DNA from: Gemmatimonadota bacterium
GTDB lineage: Bacteria > Gemmatimonadota > Gemmatimonadetes > Palauibacterales > Palauibacteraceae
Assembly: GCA_046758745.1 (NCBI GenBank)
Contig: JBHIAV010000007.1
Location: forward strand, 28,950 to 92,949
DNA length: 64,000 nt
Direction: 5' to 3'
Shown piece after piece: positions 60,136 through 64,000 of the stretch. The first letter of the stretch is position 1; each line of letters begins with the position of its first letter. The position numbers and the translations under genes are program-made. Below the pieces are notes generated by a model, which was given only the letters and a program-made list of their open reading frames with translations, was not told the origin of the DNA and ran no database searches.

Positions 60136-60900
60136 ATGGCCCTCATCTGTAGCGGGCGCCCCAGCGTGGGCGAGGAGCTGATCGGGGCCCTCGCCGGGGT
60201 CGGCGTGGAGGCGTCCGTCGCGCGTCGGCGCGAGGAGTGGCCGGATCCGGGTCCCCCCCTGGTCATCCTCGACCTCGGAGACCCGGCGGTCTCGGTTCCG
60301 GAAGCTCGCCTGGCGTTCGGCCGGGAGGCGTACCTGGTGGCGCTTGTGCCCGGCGAGTCGGCGGAGCGGCTGATCCCGGCCCTCGCTGCCGGGTGTCGGG
60401 ACTACCTCTTCCACCCGGCCGCCCCAGGGGACATAGAGGTTTTGTACCGCCGCTACCAGGAGGAGACGACGCGCGGCTGGGAGCGGAGCGGAGCGATGAG
60501 CGGCCGCATCCAGCTGGAGTTTCCCTCCGATGTCCGATTCTTGCAGGACGCGGTAGCGCAGGTGGTCGAGGCGTGCGAACGGCTCGCCTTCACCGGCTCC
60601 CGAGCGAGGCTGAACCTCCGGGTGGCCCTCGGTGAGGCCGTGGCAAACGCGATCCTGTACGGCAACCAGGAAGACCCGAACAAGCGGGTGCGAGTGAGCG
60701 CGAAGCTCGAATCGGGGAGAGCCCACGTGGTGGTCACCGACGAGGGAACCGGCTTCGATCCCACAGCCGTCGAGGATCCGACGAGCCTTCAGAACCGTTA
60801 CCGGAGTCGGGGGCGGGGGCTCTTCCTCCTGCGCGCCCTGGCGGACGAGGTGCGCTACAATGAGGCCGGAAACGCCGTAACGCTCATCCTCCGCTCGTGA
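60136..60900 (+). CDS. RsbW-like anti-sigma factor/Ser kinase (HATPase_c_2) with N-terminal atypical receiver domain
   Basis: EAVANAILYGN, DEGTGFD, GRGLFL; N-terminal LVILD...ALAAGCRDYL. Start 60118 or 60136. Confidence 0.85.
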   Translation: MALICSGRPSVGEELIGALAGVGVEASVARRREEWPDPGPPLVILDLGDPAVSVPEARLAFGREAYLVALVPGESAERLIPALAAGCRDYLFHPAAPGDIEVLYRRYQEETTRGWERSGAMSGRIQLEFPSDVRFLQDAVAQVVEACERLAFTGSRARLNLRVALGEAVANAILYGNQEDPNKRVRVSAKLESGRAHVVVTDEGTGFDPTAVEDPTSLQNRYRSRGRGLFLLRALADEVRYNEAGNAVTLILRS

Positions 60901-60922
60901 AGAACGCCGTGGAAATCGCCGA

Positions 60923-62527
60923 ATGCAAGAGATGAGGCAGGCGTCCGGGTCTCCGACCCTTCCTCGACCGTCGCTTCGGTCGCAACGCGCCGGAGAGCTG
61001 ATCGCCGCCTTCGAGGCGGGGACCGCCCTCCGCGTCAGGATCTTGGTCGTCGAGGAGGAAGGCGAGCGCGACCCGCGGGTCCTGCACGACTCGCTCGGGC
61101 AGAGCTTGACCCCTGCTGTCGAGCGAGAGCGTTGGGATCTGGACGGGGGACGCACCCTGATCCTCGAGTTCGATTCCTCGGTGGCGGAGGGAACGCGCGC
61201 CGCAGCCACGCTCCTCGGCGAGTCGGTCTCTCGGCTCCTCGCCGCCGAGGAGGAGACGCGGTTCTTCAGTCAGGAGGTCGCGGAGCGGGCGGAAGAGATC
61301 CAGCTCCTGACCTCGATCAGCGAGACGCTCGGGTCGATCATCCACCTCGACCGTGCGGCGCAGGTGCTGCTCGGCGAGGTGGTCGACGTGATGGGGGCGG
61401 AGCGCGCCACGCTCTGGGTGCTCGACGAGCCGGCGGGCGAACTCGTACTCCTCGCCTCGGAGGGCAACGTTCCGCCTGGGCTCACCCGTCTCGCGCTCTC
61501 GGACACGCGGTCGATCACCGCGGAGGTTTTCGCCCGACAGGAGCCGCTGCGCCTCGACCCGGGTGGGCTTCCCGAACCGTCGTCGAAGAGGGAGCGGGTC
61601 GACCTGCCCGACGCCGCGCTGCTCTCCGTTCCGGTGGGCTACTCCCCACCCCAGGGGAAGGCGCGGGCCGTGGGAGTGCTGAACCTGATCGGCCGGAAGA
61701 ACGCCGACTCGTTCTCCGACGGCGATGTCAAGCTGATGACGGCGATCGCCAGCCAGATCGGGGCGGCGATCGAGAACGGGCGCCTGGTTCGCGAGAGCCT
61801 GCAGCGCGAGCGCATGTCGGCGCAGCTCCAGCTCGCGCATGACCTGCAGCTCAAGCTCCTCCCGAACCTGGAGGACTTCGCCGGCCTCGGAGACATCGCG
61901 GCGCGCTGCGAGCCGGCGGAGTCGGTGGGGGGAGACTTCTATCACCTCATCCGGCTTCCCGGCGGACAGCTCGGCGTGATGCTCGGGGATGTCAGCTCCA
62001 AGGGTGTGACCGCGGGGCTGATCATGGCGCTGACCATGAGCGTGGCGGCGATCTTCGCGCGTGCCAGCGATCGTCCTTCCGAGGTGTTGCGCAGCATCCA
62101 CCACGAGCTCGTGCGGAAGCTCGAGTCGACCGAGATGTTCATGACCGCCTTCTACGCCGTCATCGATCCCACGGCGGGCGTCGTCCGCTACGCCAACGCC
62201 GGTCACCCGCACGCGTACCTCATCCGTAGGGAAGAGGCGATCCGACTCGAGGCCCTGAACCCTCCCCTGGGGATCGCCGAGTTCGGCGCCTATGCCGAGC
62301 TCGAGGCGGAGTGGCGGCGCGGCGAAGACATGCTGCTGCTCTTCACCGACGGTCTCAGCGAATGTCTCCAGGAGGGCACGATGTGGTCGGACGAGCGGTT
62401 CACCGCTATGGCGCTCGGCCGGCCGGAGGCGAAGGCGCAGGAAGTGCTCGACAATCTCTTCCGGATGGCGTGCCCCGCGTCCGGGACGGCAGCGGACGAC
62501 CGGACGGCCGTGGTCGTCCGGCTGTAG
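60923..62527 (+). CDS. GAF-domain SpoIIE/RsbU-type PP2C phosphatase
   Basis: GAF (GVLNL...AIENGRL), VGGDFY, GDVSSKG, NAGH, TDG, DDRT. Confidence 0.92.
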   Translation: MQEMRQASGSPTLPRPSLRSQRAGELIAAFEAGTALRVRILVVEEEGERDPRVLHDSLGQSLTPAVERERWDLDGGRTLILEFDSSVAEGTRAAATLLGESVSRLLAAEEETRFFSQEVAERAEEIQLLTSISETLGSIIHLDRAAQVLLGEVVDVMGAERATLWVLDEPAGELVLLASEGNVPPGLTRLALSDTRSITAEVFARQEPLRLDPGGLPEPSSKRERVDLPDAALLSVPVGYSPPQGKARAVGVLNLIGRKNADSFSDGDVKLMTAIASQIGAAIENGRLVRESLQRERMSAQLQLAHDLQLKLLPNLEDFAGLGDIAARCEPAESVGGDFYHLIRLPGGQLGVMLGDVSSKGVTAGLIMALTMSVAAIFARASDRPSEVLRSIHHELVRKLESTEMFMTAFYAVIDPTAGVVRYANAGHPHAYLIRREEAIRLEALNPPLGIAEFGAYAELEAEWRRGEDMLLLFTDGLSECLQEGTMWSDERFTAMALGRPEAKAQEVLDNLFRMACPASGTAADDRTAVVVRL

Positions 62528-62535
62528 CCGCAGGG

Positions 62536-63354
62536 GTGGAACGTCGGCCCCGCCCGAAGCGCTCGCTCAGCCAGAACTTCCTCGTCGATCCCAACCTGCG
62601 GCGAAAGCTGGTGGCGAGCCTTCAGGCTGCTTCCGGCGACACCGTGGTGGAGGTGGGAGCGGGACACGGCGAGCTCAGCGAGGAGCTGGTGGGGCGGGTG
62701 GCCCGTCTCGTGCTGGTGGAGAAGGACGACGCTCTCGCGGCGGAGCTGAGGGAACGGTGGGGCGACCGGCCGGATGTGTGGGTCGTGCTCGGCGACGCGC
62801 TCGAGCTCGACCTCTCGGCTCTGGCGGACGGTCCCGGGCCGCTCCGGGTGATCTCCAACATCCCTTACGGCATCACCACGCCGCTCATCTTCCGACTGCT
62901 GGAGCTGCGTCCGACCCCGCGGCGGCTGTTGGTCACCGTGCAGAAGGAGGTGGCGGAACGGATCGTCGCCGTCCCGGGCACCCCGGCATACGGCGCGCTG
63001 ACCGTCGGAGTGCAGACGAAGGCGAACGCCCGGGTGGCCTTCTCCCTCGGGCGGCAGGCGTTTCGGCCCGTTCCGGCGGTCGACTCGGCCGCAGTGATCA
63101 TCGAACCTTTCGAGGAGCGCCTCGCCCCCACGGACGAAGAGGCGCTCCGGGCGCTCACCCGTACGGCCTTCGCTCGTCGCCGAAAGCAGCTTCAGAAGAT
63201 CCTCCGCAGCTCGCCTGAGTTTGCTCTCTCGCCGGAAGAAGTGGATCGGCTGTGCCGGGAGATCGGGCTGGATCCGACGACGCGACCGGAGCGCCTGGCC
63301 CCCGAGCGGTTCCTTGCCCTGGCGCGTCGAATTCGGGCCGTTCGAACCGATTGA
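62536..63354 (+). CDS. rsmA: 16S rRNA dimethyladenosine transferase RsmA/KsgA
   Basis: KRSLSQNFL, EVGAGHG, NIPYGIT, QKEVAER, FRPVPAVDS. Confidence 0.95.
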   Translation: MERRPRPKRSLSQNFLVDPNLRRKLVASLQAASGDTVVEVGAGHGELSEELVGRVARLVLVEKDDALAAELRERWGDRPDVWVVLGDALELDLSALADGPGPLRVISNIPYGITTPLIFRLLELRPTPRRLLVTVQKEVAERIVAVPGTPAYGALTVGVQTKANARVAFSLGRQAFRPVPAVDSAAVIIEPFEERLAPTDEEALRALTRTAFARRRKQLQKILRSSPEFALSPEEVDRLCREIGLDPTTRPERLAPERFLALARRIRAVRTD

Positions 63355-63381
63355 GATCGGCCGGCCGGCGGGCTATGTTGC

Positions 63382-63399
63382 TTGTGAAGCCTTTCACAA
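63382..63399. promoter_or_regulatory. Rex operator
   Basis: TTGTGAA-GCCT-TTCACAA, an exact match to the TTGTGAA-N4-TTCACAA Rex consensus, 7 bp upstream of the rex ATG. Confidence 0.92.
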
Positions 63400-63406
63400 G
63401 CCTGGG

Positions 63407-64000
63407 ATGACGACGCGAAAGATCGCAGATTCGACGATACGCCGTCTCTCGCTCTACCTCCGCCTGCTCCGGGAGCTCGAGGCCGGCGGGCGTGAGCTGG
63501 TGTCCAGCCACGAGCTCGCCGAGCGGAGCGGGACCACCTCGGCGCAGGTGCGGAAGGACCTCAGCTTGTTCGGCTCGTTCGGGAAGCGCGGCAGGGGCTA
63601 CACCGTGGCAGAGCTCCAGCGCACGCTCGAATCCATTCTCGGTCTGCGCCGCCGTTGGCGCGTCGCGCTGGTCGGGGTAGGGAAGATCGGATCCGCCCTC
63701 CTCGGCTATCGGGATCTGGAGCGACGAGGTTTCGACATCATCGCCGCCTTCGATCGGGACCCTGCCAAGGTGGGGCGCGTGTTCAACGGCGTGGAGGTGT
63801 CGCCCCTCGAGGAGCTCGAGTCGGTACTTCGAGCGCGAGCGGTCGACATCGCCATCATCGCGACGCCTCCGGAGGCGGCCCAGCCGACTGCGGCGCGCCT
63901 GTGCAGGGCCGGGGTGAGCGGGATCCTCAACTTCGCCCCGGTGAAGATCGAGGCGCCATCCGGAGTCTCGGTCCGCACCATGGACGTGGCATTGGAGCTG
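63407..64000 (+). CDS. rex: Redox-sensing transcriptional repressor Rex (partial, runs off window; not in ORF track)
   Basis: MTTRKIADSTIRRLSLYLR...SAQVRKDLSLFGSFGKRGRGY...VGVGKIG...ILNFAP. Confidence 0.96.
   Translation, partial: MTTRKIADSTIRRLSLYLRLLRELEAGGRELVSSHELAERSGTTSAQVRKDLSLFGSFGKRGRGYTVAELQRTLESILGLRRRWRVALVGVGKIGSALLGYRDLERRGFDIIAAFDRDPAKVGRVFNGVEVSPLEELESVLRARAVDIAIIATPPEAAQPTAARLCRAGVSGILNFAPVKIEAPSGVSVRTMDVALEL

Overview
High-GC (roughly 70%, judged by eye), gene-dense bacterial chromosome segment of mostly core genes. Gene content and order (SusC/SusD pair, S41 protease next to tmk, hemW-hrcA-dnaJ, mutS2-dnaG-Zn ribbon-recJ-rsmD-coaD-pta-STAS/RsbW/SpoIIE-rsmA-rex) suggest a Gemmatimonadota-like organism; this is inference. 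I found no rRNA, tRNA, CRISPR array, integrase, transposase or prophage. About 53 CDS can be supported. Three are absent from the ORF track: a SusD N-terminus, a 56-aa FmdB Zn-ribbon gene and rex. The most notable oddities are: (1) an ArsC-type reductase ORF that runs without a stop into an HU gene that has its own promoter and RBS; (2) a truncated, diverged copy of the S41 protease N-terminus just upstream of the intact gene; (3) a ylbF-PIP synthase-ino1 cluster implying inositol phospholipids; (4) a class-3 asparaginase that appears to need a CTG start; (5) an 11-kb pentose-phosphate/alpha-glucan block between dnaJ and rsmE, where prmA usually sits; (6) a partner-switching module whose kinase carries an atypical receiver domain; (7) a perfect Rex operator upstream of rex. 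I saw no clearly novel multi-gene system, and all functional calls come from motif recognition without database searches.
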